A DNA stretch of 59,145 bases from a virus (lineage: Duplodnaviria; Caudoviricetes), in IMG/VR virus record IMGVR_UViG_3300022841_000020, positions 1 to 59,145 of that record; one strand, written 5' to 3'. Positions 17,370-26,954 of this stretch are shown piece after piece. Each line of letters opens with the position of its first letter. Positions within the stretch are counted from its first letter, which is position 1. Position numbers and translations under genes: made by a program. The notes below the pieces were generated by a model. That model saw nothing but the letters and a program-made list of their open reading frames with translations, searched no databases and was not told the DNA's origin.

Positions 17370-17645
17370 TTAGGTTTTAACGGGTTTAGGTAAATATTCC
17401 TTTGCTATATAAGTCATACAAATTTCACTACAAACATCATCGTCTGGCATATTGCCAACAGCTATTATTTCACGGAATCTTAAGCCTCTAATAGTTCTAT
17501 AACTTTCATACAAAAAGCTGTCTTCTATACAAAAATGATCGTGATTGTGAGATTTTGTTATCATGGTCAAATGTTCTTTAATTAAAAATAGTGTGTTGGA
17601 GTTGTAAAAACAACGCCAACACACACAATTAGTTATATAAAACAC
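17370..17645 (-). CDS. Hypothetical protein
   Basis: ORF in the int operon. Confidence 0.5.
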   Translation of the reverse strand: MFYITNCVCWRCFYNSNTLFLIKEHLTMITKSHNHDHFCIEDSFLYESYRTIRGLRFREIIAVGNMPDDDVCSEICMTYIAKEYLPKPVKT

Positions 17646-17953
17646 TAATGTAGTTCTTCAATGGCATCCCATTTTGAGCATACCAGAGATATTCCTTCAC
17701 CCATCTTTAAACAAATCCAAGCTTTATTTTTATCACCAGACTGTCTGCTCAATTCCTCGTCAGTTAGTGTACAGTATTTAAACTCTTTGTTCATAAATAA
17801 GATGCCGTAATCGGTATTATAAAACTTGTGACCTAAAATATTTATTGCACCTATATCATCTATTAAATAAACTGGTTTTGTAAAATAATCAGCTCCGTTA
17901 CCATGGTTTGATGATGAAACCTTTTTAATTGTTTTTTGTGTTTGCTTACTCAT
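17645..17953 (-). CDS. Hypothetical protein
   Basis: ATG at 17953 (MSKQTQK) preferred. Confidence 0.55.
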   Translation of the reverse strand: MSKQTQKTIKKVSSSNHGNGADYFTKPVYLIDDIGAINILGHKFYNTDYGILFMNKEFKYCTLTDEELSRQSGDKNKAWICLKMGEGISLVCSKWDAIEELH

Positions 17954-17971
17954 AATATAATTGTTTATTGT

Positions 17972-18186
17972 TTCCCGACATATTCCCGACACGTTTATCA
18001 TGCATTGATATGTAATACAGCAAAAGTAGCTATAATAATTATATAAAAATCAATTTGATATAAAAATAAATATAAATAAGGTATAAATCCTAACTCCTTA
18101 TGGGATTAAATATTGACTTCTAAAACCCCTGATAACACAAGGGTTTTTTGATTTTTATACTTAATTTTCCCGATATCTTCCCGACA
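17972..18186. other. Candidate attP: tandem arm-type sites at 17972-17991 and 18167-18186, core-type inverted repeat at 18086-18107
   Basis: TTCCCGACA/TTCCCGATA pairs at 11-bp period flanking aatccta-actcctta-tgggatt; near int. Confidence 0.65.
18021..18028 (-). promoter_or_regulatory. -7 element of the int-operon promoter
   Basis: TActTTTG on the minus strand. Confidence 0.55.
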
Positions 18187-18188
18187 AA

Positions 18189-18842
18189 TTATCTTCTCCT
18201 TGATCTTTTCATTCCAATCACATTAAACAAGGCAACCACATCTTTAAGATTTATAGTGTAGTCTTCATATAAATTATTTAAACTATGAAGAGTTATTTCT
18301 CCATTCTTTATATTGTGATCTTTAATTCTCTTCACAACTATTCCAAGCTCTTTATGGGCAATTACAAAGTCCCAGGCGTTTATATGTAACTTGTTCTGCC
18401 AATTCTGATTTTGGATCTCTCTGCATAATAAGATATCCTTATCTAAAATAGCCTCAAAAGGATTTGAATTGTTCATGCTATCCCCCTCAACTTCAAAACA
18501 AAAATAATTGCCTTTATATTCTTTCTCGACCTCCCATGGTATTTTTGGTAAATCCTCTATATACTGTGCATCTCCCCATCCATTAATAAAACCTGCTTGC
18601 ACCCGGCTACCAATTAAGGGAACCATTTTAACTAATTCGAAATCTTTTAAACTTGCTTTTGAATTGTCATTTTCAAAAGCCTCCTTATACATATTGTCAA
18701 GTATTTTACTTTTTGTTTTAGGGATCACGCCTCCCTTTTCGTAACTGATTACAGTAATTTTTGAAACTCCAATGTTTTCAGCAAACTCACTCTGAGTCTG
18801 TTTTAGAGCTTTTCTGATGTCCTTCACTTGTTTGTTGTCCAT
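18189..18842 (-). CDS. cI: CI/LexA-type repressor (HTH + S24 autopeptidase)
   Basis: HTH_3 N-terminus; VQAG cleavage site; EVEGDSM; VVKRI. Confidence 0.93.
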   Translation of the reverse strand: MDNKQVKDIRKALKQTQSEFAENIGVSKITVISYEKGGVIPKTKSKILDNMYKEAFENDNSKASLKDFELVKMVPLIGSRVQAGFINGWGDAQYIEDLPKIPWEVEKEYKGNYFCFEVEGDSMNNSNPFEAILDKDILLCREIQNQNWQNKLHINAWDFVIAHKELGIVVKRIKDHNIKNGEITLHSLNNLYEDYTINLKDVVALFNVIGMKRSRRR

Positions 18843-18873
18843 AACTTAGATTAATTTTAAATAGCAAAAAAAA

Positions 18874-18927
18874 AGTATTATATTTTACTTTTTCATATAT
18901 ATAAGGTAAAATAATTTACTACTTTTG
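18874..18927. promoter_or_regulatory. Two 16-bp imperfect palindromic operators plus rightward lytic promoter
   Basis: agtattatattttact (18874), ggtaaaataatttact (18905), TActTTTG at 18920-18927. Confidence 0.6.
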
Positions 18928-18977
18928 ACCTATTCTTATATGAACTTATATATAATATTATAAATGTAGTATAAAAT

Positions 18978-19247
18978 TTGATTAATACTAGTAAATATAA
19001 AAAAACAATGTTAATTCTTAGAGAGTCGAAAAATATGAGTATTGACCTTAATATTAAATGTTTTCAAAAGATAAGTCCTGTTGCTGATGCCTTAAAATTA
19101 ACCGATTGGATATTTGCTTTCATATTCATTATATGCCTCATTTACATTGCTTTATATATATATAGGCTGTATTGTACAATGTATAAATCTCCAAAAAAAC
19201 AATCTAAATGGCTTGAAGATAGGTTTATAGAAGGTGAGGAAAAATAA
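18978..19247 (+). CDS. Small membrane protein (start uncertain)
   Basis: One TM segment WIFAFIFIICLIYIALYIY. Confidence 0.5.
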   Translation: MINTSKYKKTMLILRESKNMSIDLNIKCFQKISPVADALKLTDWIFAFIFIICLIYIALYIYRLYCTMYKSPKKQSKWLEDRFIEGEEK

Positions 19248-19275
19248 AATAATAATCAACAAATAAGCGCAAAAT

Positions 19276-21288
19276 ATGCAAATTAAACTACAATCGTTAC
19301 ACTTAGTATATTTCAAGGGGTGTAATGACTTCAAAATCAATTTTTTAAACGACATAACTACGGTTCGTGGTGATAATGGGACACGAAAGAGTACAATATT
19401 TGACTCCTTCTCATGGTTATTTTTCGGAAAAGACAGCAATAATGCCAGTGATACCAAGTTTAGCATTAAAACGATTAACACAGATACAGGTAAAATAATT
19501 CACAGACTAGATCATAGCGTTGAAGGTGTTTTCTTAATAAATGGTGAAAAAACCACAGTCAAAAGACAATTACAAGAGAAGTGGACCAAAAAAAAAGGCG
19601 CGTTAGAGAAGGTTTACACGGGGAATGTTACAAATTATTACTGGAATGAGGTTCCTCTTTCTCAGACAGAATATCAAAATAAAATAAATCAATTTATTAG
19701 TGAAGACGTTTTTAAACTCATAACCAACCCTTATTCCTTCAATTCACTTAACTGGGAGAGGCAAAGAGAAATACTTACAGAATTAGTTGGTGGCATTTCT
19801 GATCAATCTATCGTAAGAGGTAATGTTGATTTTGCGGATTTACTTTCAAAGTTAACCAATAAGACTTTTGACGAGTACAAGAAGCAAATGAAATTCACGC
19901 TTAAACGTCTTAAGAGCGATAAAGATGGGATTCCTTCTCGTATTGACGAGCAATTAAGAGGTAGACCGAATCCTTTAGATTTTAAATCTATTGAATCTGA
20001 AATTGAGAAAAACCAAAAATCCCTAGAAACACTTGATGAAAACATTTCTCAAGTCAATAAATCCGCTGATGCTCTTCATAAAGAATATGATGGTTTTAGA
20101 AAACAGAAGTCTGATCTTAATTTAAAGAATAGCGATATCTTTTTTGAAGTCCAAAAGAAAGTACAACAGAATTTATCAAAACAAGTTAATCCTGGTGATG
20201 CCGTTATTTTAAAAATAAATGACAATAATCTGAATATTGAAAAATTTGACAGAGTTATTGTGAAATTGGAAAATCAAATTGAATTAGACAAAGCTTCTAT
20301 TGAAACAGTCATTGCGAAAAGAAAAGTCAAATCAAATGAATGGGATCAAGAAAACGCCTTAGAATTAAAGTTTGAAGATGGTGATTTTGCTTGTCCAACG
20401 TGTAAAAGATCTTTAGAGGTCGAGAACCAGGAAACCGAGAGAGAGAAAATGCACTTGGATTTCATTAAGGACAAGCAAAGTGCTATCGCTTCTATTAACA
20501 GAGAGGGTTTAGCTCTTAAGAATCAACAGGAAACTCTTCAAATTGACATAGATCAAACTGAAAAGAGAATTGTAGATGGCAAAAAAGCCTTAAAAAGCCT
20601 TAAAAACACTGCAATAAATCTTCAATGTGAATTAGAAGTAATAGAAAGCAATTCCACTCCTGCTCCAGACAAAGACGAGGAAGTTAAAAATCTTATTGAT
20701 GTTCATGCAGAATACAACGGTAATTTAAAAATTATTGCTGCGCTGGATGAATCATTATTAGACCAAAAAGATGTTGACGTCTCTTCTCATAAGGAAACTA
20801 GAAATCAAGTATTACAAACTATTAACTACCTTAAAATAAGCCTTAGCCAAAGAGCTAAAATAGCAGAAATAGATAATCGTGTTGCAGAGCTTGAAGATGA
20901 GGAAAAAGAAAATTCTCAACTTATTGCTTCAGCCGAAAAAGAACTTCACACTATTCAAGAGTTTGAAATTGCTAGAATGACACTCACAGAAGGTATAATC
21001 AACGACAAGTTTGAGAAAGTAAAATTTAAAATGTTCACTGAATTGGTGGACGGAACAAAAGTTCCTTCTTGTTTATGCTTATTCAAAGGAGTTCCTTTTC
21101 ATTCAGTAAACTCAGCAGGACAAATTGAAGCTGGATTGGATATTATAAACACATTGTGTGATTACTACAACACTCAGTCCGTGATCTTCATTGATGGCGC
21201 TGAGAGCATTACGGAAATACCAAGTACAAAAAGTCAACAAATTCGCCTTCTCGTAGAGAAAGGCACTAACCCCTTAGTAGTAGAATAA
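19276..21288 (+). CDS. SMC/Rad50-like AAA ATPase
   Basis: Walker A GDNGTRKST, coiled coil with CPTC hook, Walker B IFIDGAES. Confidence 0.9.
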   Translation: MQIKLQSLHLVYFKGCNDFKINFLNDITTVRGDNGTRKSTIFDSFSWLFFGKDSNNASDTKFSIKTINTDTGKIIHRLDHSVEGVFLINGEKTTVKRQLQEKWTKKKGALEKVYTGNVTNYYWNEVPLSQTEYQNKINQFISEDVFKLITNPYSFNSLNWERQREILTELVGGISDQSIVRGNVDFADLLSKLTNKTFDEYKKQMKFTLKRLKSDKDGIPSRIDEQLRGRPNPLDFKSIESEIEKNQKSLETLDENISQVNKSADALHKEYDGFRKQKSDLNLKNSDIFFEVQKKVQQNLSKQVNPGDAVILKINDNNLNIEKFDRVIVKLENQIELDKASIETVIAKRKVKSNEWDQENALELKFEDGDFACPTCKRSLEVENQETEREKMHLDFIKDKQSAIASINREGLALKNQQETLQIDIDQTEKRIVDGKKALKSLKNTAINLQCELEVIESNSTPAPDKDEEVKNLIDVHAEYNGNLKIIAALDESLLDQKDVDVSSHKETRNQVLQTINYLKISLSQRAKIAEIDNRVAELEDEEKENSQLIASAEKELHTIQEFEIARMTLTEGIINDKFEKVKFKMFTELVDGTKVPSCLCLFKGVPFHSVNSAGQIEAGLDIINTLCDYYNTQSVIFIDGAESITEIPSTKSQQIRLLVEKGTNPLVVE

Positions 21289-21290
21289 AT

Positions 21291-21653
21291 ATGGAAGTAA
21301 AAATTAATGAATTGAGAGATTTCTGTTTTAATCAGTCAAAGGAAGCTGGATGGCACACCAATTTGGAAACGGGAGAACTATTAGACAGAAATAAAGGTGA
21401 AATGCTTTGCCTTGTGCATAGTGAAATTTCAGAAGCAATGGAAGGTGAACGTAAAAACCTAATGGATGATCATTTGCCAGAGAGACCAATGGCAGAAGTG
21501 GAGCTTGCAGATGCAGTAATTCGAATTATGGATTATGCAGGCCGATTTAATTATGACATAGGAGGAGCTATAATAGATAAGCTTACTTACAACAGATTAA
21601 GACCTGATCACAAAATAGAAAATCGATTAAAAGAAACTGGTAAGAAATTTTAA
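21291..21653 (+). CDS. MazG-like nucleotide pyrophosphohydrolase
   Basis: LVHSEISEAMEG...EVELADAVIRIMD. Confidence 0.9.
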   Translation: MEVKINELRDFCFNQSKEAGWHTNLETGELLDRNKGEMLCLVHSEISEAMEGERKNLMDDHLPERPMAEVELADAVIRIMDYAGRFNYDIGGAIIDKLTYNRLRPDHKIENRLKETGKKF

Positions 21654-21662
21654 TAAGAGAAT

Positions 21663-21848
21663 ATGACTTACGAAGATTTAATCACAGTAGAAGAGGAAAC
21701 TAAAAGATTTCTAAAAAAACTAGATGCAGCGAAGACTCGTATAGAGAATGATTGCTATGCATTAATGTCAGGAACCAAAGAAACTGGGGCAGTCAAGAGA
21801 GATGCACTAGACTTAAAAATGGAATTAACAAAAATCACTCAATACTAA
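21663..21848 (+). CDS. Hypothetical protein
   Basis: Intact ORF in operon. Confidence 0.65.
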   Translation: MTYEDLITVEEETKRFLKKLDAAKTRIENDCYALMSGTKETGAVKRDALDLKMELTKITQY

Positions 21849-21854
21849 ATAACT

Positions 21855-22757
21855 ATGGCCACAGAAACAAAAAAAACAAGTACAGAAGTTATAAAGGCTT
21901 CAAAAAAACAGTCTGAAATTACAAATATTGTACTTAAAAGAGTTGAAGCTTTTCAAAAATCTGGAGAGTTAAGACTTCCCAAGAATTACAGCCCTGAAAA
22001 TGCTTTAAAAGCAGCTCAGTTATTATTGTCAGAGCAAAAAGATAGAAACGGTAAATCTGTTCTAGAGTCTTGTACTCGAACAAGTATTGCAAGTGCTTTG
22101 CTTAAAACAGTTGTCTGGGGATTGGCTCCACATAAAGGACAGGTTTATTACATTCCATACGGATCTAAGCTAGAGTGTAGTATCTCATATACTGGAAATA
22201 TTGCGATTGCTAAGCGTTATGGTAATTTAAAAAGCATAAAGGCAAATTGCATTATGGAAGGTGATGACTTCGAATTTGAAATTGATAGCAAAACAGGGCT
22301 AAGAAAAATAATTAAGCACTCCCAAACTTTGGAAAGTGTTGGAAGTGAAGTCATAAGAGGAGCTTATGCAATTATTGAATTGAACGATGGAACTTTTGAT
22401 GTTGAGATTATGAGTTTTTCACAGATACAAAAGTCTTGGCAACAAGGAGCCACAAAGGGAGATAGCCCAGCTCATAGAAAGTTTGCTGATCAAATGTCGC
22501 TAAAAACAGTCTTGAATAGGGCTTGTAAACTTCTTATAAGAACAAGTGACGATCAAGTTTTATACGAAGATGATGATAATAAGGACTTGGACCGAACCAA
22601 AGAGGACGTAAACCAAGAAATTAAGGACAATGCTAATCAAGATTTTATTGACATTGATTTTGAAGAGGAAGAAACTGAAATCACACCAGATCCTACTGAA
22701 GAAAAAACTCAACATGATGCTGATAATCAATTAGAAAGTAAAGAAAAATTATTTTAA
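21855..22757 (+). CDS. recT: RecT-family single-strand annealing recombinase
   Basis: CTRTSIASAL...GLAP...YYIPYG...GAYA...QMSLKTVL; acidic tail. Confidence 0.92.
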   Translation: MATETKKTSTEVIKASKKQSEITNIVLKRVEAFQKSGELRLPKNYSPENALKAAQLLLSEQKDRNGKSVLESCTRTSIASALLKTVVWGLAPHKGQVYYIPYGSKLECSISYTGNIAIAKRYGNLKSIKANCIMEGDDFEFEIDSKTGLRKIIKHSQTLESVGSEVIRGAYAIIELNDGTFDVEIMSFSQIQKSWQQGATKGDSPAHRKFADQMSLKTVLNRACKLLIRTSDDQVLYEDDDNKDLDRTKEDVNQEIKDNANQDFIDIDFEEEETEITPDPTEEKTQHDADNQLESKEKLF

Positions 22758-22760
22758 TCT

Positions 22761-23495
22761 ATGGAACTAAAAGTTATCGGCTCTGGAAGTCAAGGCAATT
22801 CCTACATCTTAACTAATGGTACAAACGTATTGTTAATTGAACTTGGAGTGAATTTCAAACGCATCAAAAAAGCATTAGATTTTAATATATTGAATGTAGA
22901 TGGGGCCTTAGTGTCCCACATACATTCTGATCACTCTAAAGCTATCAAAGATGCGATTGAATGTGGAATTGACGTTTACTCTGGAGCTGAAACTATTGAA
23001 GCAACAGGCTTAAAAAATCACAGGCTAAAAATCGTAAAGGCAAAAAAATCCTACACGATAGGCTCCTTTAAAGTGATGCCATTCGAATTACGTCATGACG
23101 TTGCTTGCTTTGGATTCATAATTAAGCACCAGGACTGCGGTAACGTTGTTTTTATTACAGATACTTATTATTCCCCATTTAGATTTAAAGACGTCAACCA
23201 GTGGATTATTGAGGCTAATTACAGTCAAAGCATACTAGATGGAAAGGAGGGTTACGGCAATCAAAATGATTTTCTGAGAAATAGAGTAATAAGCAGCCAT
23301 TTATCCATTGAAAATTGCTCAAGCTTATTAGATGCAAACGATTTAAGCACCACAAACAATATTGTGCTTACTCATTTATCAGACAGAAATAGTAATGCGA
23401 CTGAGTTTAAGGAAACAATACAAAATCAAACCGGTAAAACTGTAAGTGTAGCAGAAACCGGACTAACAATAAATTTTAAAAAAAGACCTTTTTAA
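22761..23495 (+). CDS. Metallo-beta-lactamase-fold nuclease
   Basis: GSGSQGN, SHIHSDH, HD, TDT, EANY, HLS motifs. Confidence 0.92.
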   Translation: MELKVIGSGSQGNSYILTNGTNVLLIELGVNFKRIKKALDFNILNVDGALVSHIHSDHSKAIKDAIECGIDVYSGAETIEATGLKNHRLKIVKAKKSYTIGSFKVMPFELRHDVACFGFIIKHQDCGNVVFITDTYYSPFRFKDVNQWIIEANYSQSILDGKEGYGNQNDFLRNRVISSHLSIENCSSLLDANDLSTTNNIVLTHLSDRNSNATEFKETIQNQTGKTVSVAETGLTINFKKRPF

Positions 23496-23812
23496 TGTTA
23501 CAAATAAAAGCGAGCGATTTAGTAGAAATTGATGAAGAGTTTATAAATCGAGTTTCCAATCGACTTAAGGAAATTCAAGATAAAAAAGAATTAGAAAACC
23601 CCTACTATTCAACAAATGAGGTCGGTGAAATTTTGAAAGTAACAAGACTTACGGTGGTGAGGTATATAAACTCGTATTTAAATCCTAACAAATACCCACT
23701 AACACAGAGATTAAAAGCTGTAAAAGCTGGAAAGTCTTGGTTAATTAGAAAATCAGACTTAGAAATTTACCTTAGAAATCCAAAAAATCCAGATTATAAT
23801 GAGCAAAAATAG
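23495..23812 (+). CDS. Excisionase-type (HTH_17) DNA-binding protein
   Basis: YYSTNEVGEILKVTRLTV...KAGKSWLIRKSDL. Confidence 0.8.
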   Translation: MLQIKASDLVEIDEEFINRVSNRLKEIQDKKELENPYYSTNEVGEILKVTRLTVVRYINSYLNPNKYPLTQRLKAVKAGKSWLIRKSDLEIYLRNPKNPDYNEQK

Positions 23813-24215
23813 ATTCCTCATAATTAACGAACTGAATACTGAAATAATTAATAAGCTAGAATCATTAGGATTTAATAAACTTCCAAATTGTTTGAGTAAA
23901 CCTTATGCAAATTTGAAAAAGACTATAGTTGACATAGAGGTTAAAACGTTCTGGTGTCTTGACAAAGTGTGTTTTGAAAACTCAATAGTTACTATAAAAA
24001 ACCAATTCCAAGAAAATATATTACAATTGAATATTAATGATTTAGCTGTTAATATGGAAATACAAGAAGCAACGGAAATATTAAAAAATCACAATGAGTG
24101 GCGAAGATTTCAAGCGGTAAACGATATGCCAACGGAATCAGATCCTAAAATGTGTAAACCTAGAGATTTAGGGATAGCTATTGATACGGTAGTAAGTCAT
24201 TTTGAAAAGAAATAA
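23799..24215 (+). CDS. Hypothetical protein
   Basis: Intact ORF in operon. Confidence 0.6.
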   Translation: MSKNRFLIINELNTEIINKLESLGFNKLPNCLSKPYANLKKTIVDIEVKTFWCLDKVCFENSIVTIKNQFQENILQLNINDLAVNMEIQEATEILKNHNEWRRFQAVNDMPTESDPKMCKPRDLGIAIDTVVSHFEKK

Positions 24216-24260
24216 ACCATATTCCTGATGTCAGGAACTTGGTAAAAACCCAATAAACCA

Positions 24261-24638
24261 ATGGAAATAAAAGGAACATTAAAAGTAGTAGGAGAAACGA
24301 AATCTTATGGAGGAAATGGATTTCAAAAACGTGAAATCGTAGTTACTATAGATGATAAATTTCCCCAAGACATACTTATAGAATTCGTAAAAGATAAATG
24401 CCAAATATTAGATAATTACGCAGAAGGGCAACAAGTTGTTGTTGGCGTAAATCTTAAAGGCAGAGAGTGGGAAAGTCCTCAAGGAGAGATCAAGTATTTC
24501 AATAGTATTGAAGGTTGGAGGATAGGATTACAAGAAGGCCAACAAAAACCTACTCCACAGCCCTATAAAGAGCCAGAGTACCCCAACGAACCTAATTTAC
24601 CAATAGATGAGGAAGAGGAAGATGATCTTCCCTTTTAA
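24261..24638 (+). CDS. DUF3127 Bacteroidota single-stranded DNA-binding protein
   Basis: FQKREIVV...FPQ...NLKGREW...YFNSIEGW; DDLPF tail. Confidence 0.92.
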   Translation: MEIKGTLKVVGETKSYGGNGFQKREIVVTIDDKFPQDILIEFVKDKCQILDNYAEGQQVVVGVNLKGREWESPQGEIKYFNSIEGWRIGLQEGQQKPTPQPYKEPEYPNEPNLPIDEEEEDDLPF

Positions 24639-24688
24639 AATGATGTAAAAACAGTATAATTAAATTATTAATTTCAAAAAGCAATGAG

Positions 24689-24886
24689 ATGAATTATAAA
24701 TGCAAACAAGATCCCTTTTTTATGATAGTACCGCATCTTTCGATTCCTAATGTTCATTTTATATTTAGAAAGCTAAGCCCCACAGCATATTTAGAGATAG
24801 AATTTGAAATTAAAAATAGATTGATATACACGGATAGTAGGTTGACGGATTCTGAAAATAAATTTATTTCAAAAAATTTGATTTAA
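24689..24886 (+). CDS. Hypothetical protein
   Basis: Short ORF in operon. Confidence 0.4.
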   Translation: MNYKCKQDPFFMIVPHLSIPNVHFIFRKLSPTAYLEIEFEIKNRLIYTDSRLTDSENKFISKNLI

Positions 24887-24924
24887 TTATTATACTAAAG
24901 TCTTACTATATTATATTTTATTTA

Positions 24925-25043
24925 TATATTTGATTTAGCAAGAGATCAAAATAAAAAATATTTATCAGGGGTAAAACCCGAATAATCGCTCGTACTCCTC
25001 CTCTTGATCTCTTGCCGGATTCAAAAAAAGTACGGGCTTTTTT
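24925..25043 (+). ncRNA. Putative structured leader / antisense-attenuator RNA (c4/CI-like topology)
   Basis: Promoter 24925-24932; 24938-24949 complementary to 25004-25015, which lies in the loop of terminator-like stem 24988-24996/25029-25037 followed by U6. Confidence 0.55.
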
Positions 25044-25122
25044 GGTTTTGAATATTAACGGAACCTCGCAATACTAAGTTTATTATTCCTAGTAAAATAA
25101 CATAGGTTTTAAAAAAAATAGC

Positions 25123-25267
25123 ATGAAGACTAACGTAGTAATGAAGAGGGAAAAGTAGAACCAAGTTTTCTTGTTTCTACAACTAAGGCTACATAAAGAC
25201 CTTTAATGAACTCCAAGAACAACTTAGAGTTTTATACAGAAATAAGTATAATAAAATATCAGCATAA
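25123..25267 (+). pseudogene. Internally deleted remnant, probably of a KilA-N-type gene
   Basis: MKTNVVMKRE start and out-of-frame GYIKTFNELQEQLRVLY...ISA* end, overlapping the next ATG. Confidence 0.5.
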
Positions 25268-26127
25268 TGAGCAAAGGATGGATAAAGCTTCACAGAAACC
25301 TAATTGATTGGGAATGGTATGATGACATAAATGCTAGAGTATTATTAATACATCTTCTCCTTTCAGTCAATTACGAGGATAAAAAATGGAAGGGAAATTT
25401 AGTCGAAAAAGGAACAATGGTTCTTAGCTGGAGCACACTTTCTTCAGGTTGTGGCCTTTCAGTCAAGAAATGTAGGACTGCTATGAGTAAACTAGAAGAT
25501 AGCGGTGAAGTGACAAGGTTAGCGACAAGCAAATTTCAGGTGGTAAGGCTAGTAAAATGGGATAAACTACAACAAATAGATGAGGCAGAGGGCAAGCCAG
25601 TAGACAAGCAAACGGACAAGCTGAGGGCAGACAAAGGGCAGGCTGAGGGCAGACAAAGGGCAACAACTAAAGAAACTAATAAACTAAAGAATATAAGAAG
25701 TAAAGAAACTAAGAATATTCTTTTGTCCGAAGTAAAAACTTCGGACTTAGTGGATTTAGAGATTACATATTTTGAAATAGCAAAAGCGTTTAAAGAATTA
25801 TTTATTAAAAATATTTCAGAAAACGGAGGTTCAAATCAAAACCAAAAAAACGCTAAGTACAAAAATTACACAGAGCCAATCCGATTGATGATGGAGAAAG
25901 ATGGAGTGACCAGAGATCAAATAATAAAAGTTTGGAAATTCTTAGGCAGCCAAGAAGGAGATTTTTGGAAATCTAATATTCTATCAACCCAAAAATTAAG
26001 AGAAAAATTTTCACAATTAATAATAAAAGCTAATCAAAATGAAAACAGGGATAACAGCAAAAAGTTCGGAAATCAATCAAGTGTCAAAGGAACGTTCAGC
26101 ATTATTGATTCGCTCGTTAGCGACTAA
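25267..26127 (+). CDS. Phage replication initiator (wHTH, lambda O/DnaD-like)
   Basis: GWIKLHR N-terminus; internal iterons; FWKSNILS..KLREKF C-terminus. Confidence 0.85.
   Translation: MSKGWIKLHRNLIDWEWYDDINARVLLIHLLLSVNYEDKKWKGNLVEKGTMVLSWSTLSSGCGLSVKKCRTAMSKLEDSGEVTRLATSKFQVVRLVKWDKLQQIDEAEGKPVDKQTDKLRADKGQAEGRQRATTKETNKLKNIRSKETKNILLSEVKTSDLVDLEITYFEIAKAFKELFIKNISENGGSNQNQKNAKYKNYTEPIRLMMEKDGVTRDQIIKVWKFLGSQEGDFWKSNILSTQKLREKFSQLIIKANQNENRDNSKKFGNQSSVKGTFSIIDSLVSD
25582..25720. repeat. Intragenic iterons and A-rich tract, probable lytic replication origin
   Basis: gctgagggcagacaaagggca at 25620 and 25642 plus partial copies. Confidence 0.75.
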
Positions 26128-26827
26128 TGATTTTGATTGTTTTTTAGAAATGGAAAGAAGCACTACAGTTGCCGAAGCTATTTCAGGAAGTTCTTTAAAA
26201 AGCCTTATTAAATCAATTAGCAGAAGAGATGTTATTAAATCAATTTCATTTCTTATAAATCGCTTTAATGAAAACTTTAATGCTAGTGGAAAGTTTACTG
26301 ATATGCAAATCGCAACAGTATCAATGGATTTATTCGACATATTCCAATTTGAATCTCTAGAAGACGTGATGCTGATGTTTAAATACGCTCGTCAAGGCAA
26401 AATTGGAGACGGAAAGGATTTTAAGCTTGATAGCCAGACGATATTTCATAAATGGGTGCCAGAGTACCTTGAGCTTAAAGCAAGCGAAAGAGAGCTATCT
26501 CACAACAAGAAAAAGGGGGAATTGTCGGGAATGTCAAACTTTAATTGGGATAAAGAAAACTTAGACAAGTTTGAGGTTTCTGAAAAAGAACAGTTAGCTG
26601 GTAAAAACTTTGGAAGCCGGGTAAAAGAAATATTTACTACTGAGCACCTTGAAAAACCAAAACTAGATCAAGTTCTTAAGCCTGATTTTTACGAAAGAGC
26701 CAAAGCTGATGTTGTAAACCAAAGCACCAAAAACTTACAAGTTTATCTAAATGCTGAAAAGAAGTCGGTCGTACCGGATGAATCAATGATTAAAATTGTT
26801 GAAACAGAATTGAAATCTAGAAAATGA
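26039..26827 (+). CDS. Replication-associated protein (helicase-loader position)
   Basis: Overlaps the initiator; no P-loop seen. Confidence 0.55.
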   Translation: MKTGITAKSSEINQVSKERSALLIRSLATNDFDCFLEMERSTTVAEAISGSSLKSLIKSISRRDVIKSISFLINRFNENFNASGKFTDMQIATVSMDLFDIFQFESLEDVMLMFKYARQGKIGDGKDFKLDSQTIFHKWVPEYLELKASERELSHNKKKGELSGMSNFNWDKENLDKFEVSEKEQLAGKNFGSRVKEIFTTEHLEKPKLDQVLKPDFYERAKADVVNQSTKNLQVYLNAEKKSVVPDESMIKIVETELKSRK

Positions 26828-26901
26828 AAAAACTATTTAAAATATTATATAAAGAATTACAAAAATGGGGAGAGGCTGCTGTCTGGGCTAAAAGAAATTA
26901 A
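26824..26901 (+). CDS. Small peptide (25 aa, MKKLFKILYKELQKWGEAAVWAKRN)
   Basis: Hand-translated; ATGA coupling. Confidence 0.45.
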   Translation: MKKLFKILYKELQKWGEAAVWAKRN

Positions 26902-26954
26902 AAAAAGGGAAGGGGAAAACTTTATAGAGTATTCAATAAATTAAAATTACAATC

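Noticed and set aside
18112-18125. tRNA-Arg anticodon-loop match (cttctaa) as attP core
   Set aside because: No adjoining T-arm or acceptor sequence
18191-18210. cI mRNA 3' end as trans target of the 25004-25015 loop
   Set aside because: Only about 7 contiguous complementary nt; expected by chance
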